DNA of 34,845 bases from Chiloscyllium plagiosum. Lineage: Eukaryota. The DNA lies in the NCBI RefSeq assembly GCF_004010195.1, contig NW_025213640.1, positions 1 through 34,845 of the forward strand, read 5' to 3'. This document shows, piece after piece, positions 34,212-34,845 of this stretch. The stretch's first letter is position 1; every line of letters starts with the position of its first letter. The notes beneath the pieces were generated by a model that was not told the DNA's origin, ran no database searches, and worked only from the letters and a program-made list of their open reading frames with translations. The translations under genes and the position numbers were made by a program.

Positions 34212-34845
34212 CTATTTACAGCACAGACCCTCAAGATCCCAACGCCTGAAGTCAACCACCCCATTAATACACTTCTACCAGTAAGGATCCCAATCTCCAG
34301 TTTATTAATCAATGATGAACCAGTGCTGAGAAAAGCCTATCCCAATGTTCAGGATGGAAATAATAAACATAAGCAAGATGAGAAGAGCTCAGCTACATAG
34401 ACTATGTTGGACAAGCTCAGATATAGATGACAGGCCAAGGTTTGGATATTCACTTTTTATTCCACGTACAATCGAATGCAGAAAATCTTCGTAACTCAAC
34501 GCAAACATGCTTCATTTTTTAAAAATGTGCATTTCTAAAGCTGGATTGGAATTGTATCTTCATGATAACTGGTCTCTGCTGATGGTTACAGTTTTGAGCA
34601 GGGATTTGCAAAAGAGAACCATCACTACATGGATCATTCAGCCTCCATTTCCTGCATTACTGTAAGAGCTATGACAGCATAGGCACTGAAGCACATCCTC
34701 AACCACACTTCTGGTCCTGAGCTGTGTATTATTCATCTGGATGCAAACCAGCAACTGGGGAGTTAACAACTCAGAGGAAACAGAAAAGCAAGCAAAACAG
34801 CAATGGGTATTCAGGCACCAAATTGAGAGGAGGACTTGAATCCTA

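Overview
Vertebrate genomic DNA, almost certainly from a cartilaginous fish (shark). This inference rests on the repeat content: HE1-type V-SINEs, HER1/CR1 LINEs and SacSINE/DeuSINE-like elements. Three spliced loci lie in tandem on the minus strand. (1) The last five coding exons of ILF2/NF45 (34176->25143). (2) An orphan cassette of five intact, phase-compatible exons of an SLC24A3/4/5-type K+-dependent Na+/Ca2+ exchanger (15937->12993). It encodes only the alpha-1 half; I found no canonical upstream or downstream exons, but there is a candidate novel ATG exon. (3) Coding exon 1 of natriuretic peptide receptor A, NPR1 (931->154). The rest is dense, nested retroelement debris: CR1, Rex1-like and SINE fragments, plus Penelope-like short elements carrying minimal hammerhead-ribozyme motifs and forming palindromes. 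There are also several retroelement-derived minisatellites, including a ~2.7-kb 56-bp array in the last ILF2 intron, a ~1-kb tandem duplication and three assembly gaps. Most ORFs in the supplied track are repeat-derived or spurious. All family assignments come from recalled sequence motifs, not database searches, and repeat boundaries are approximate.
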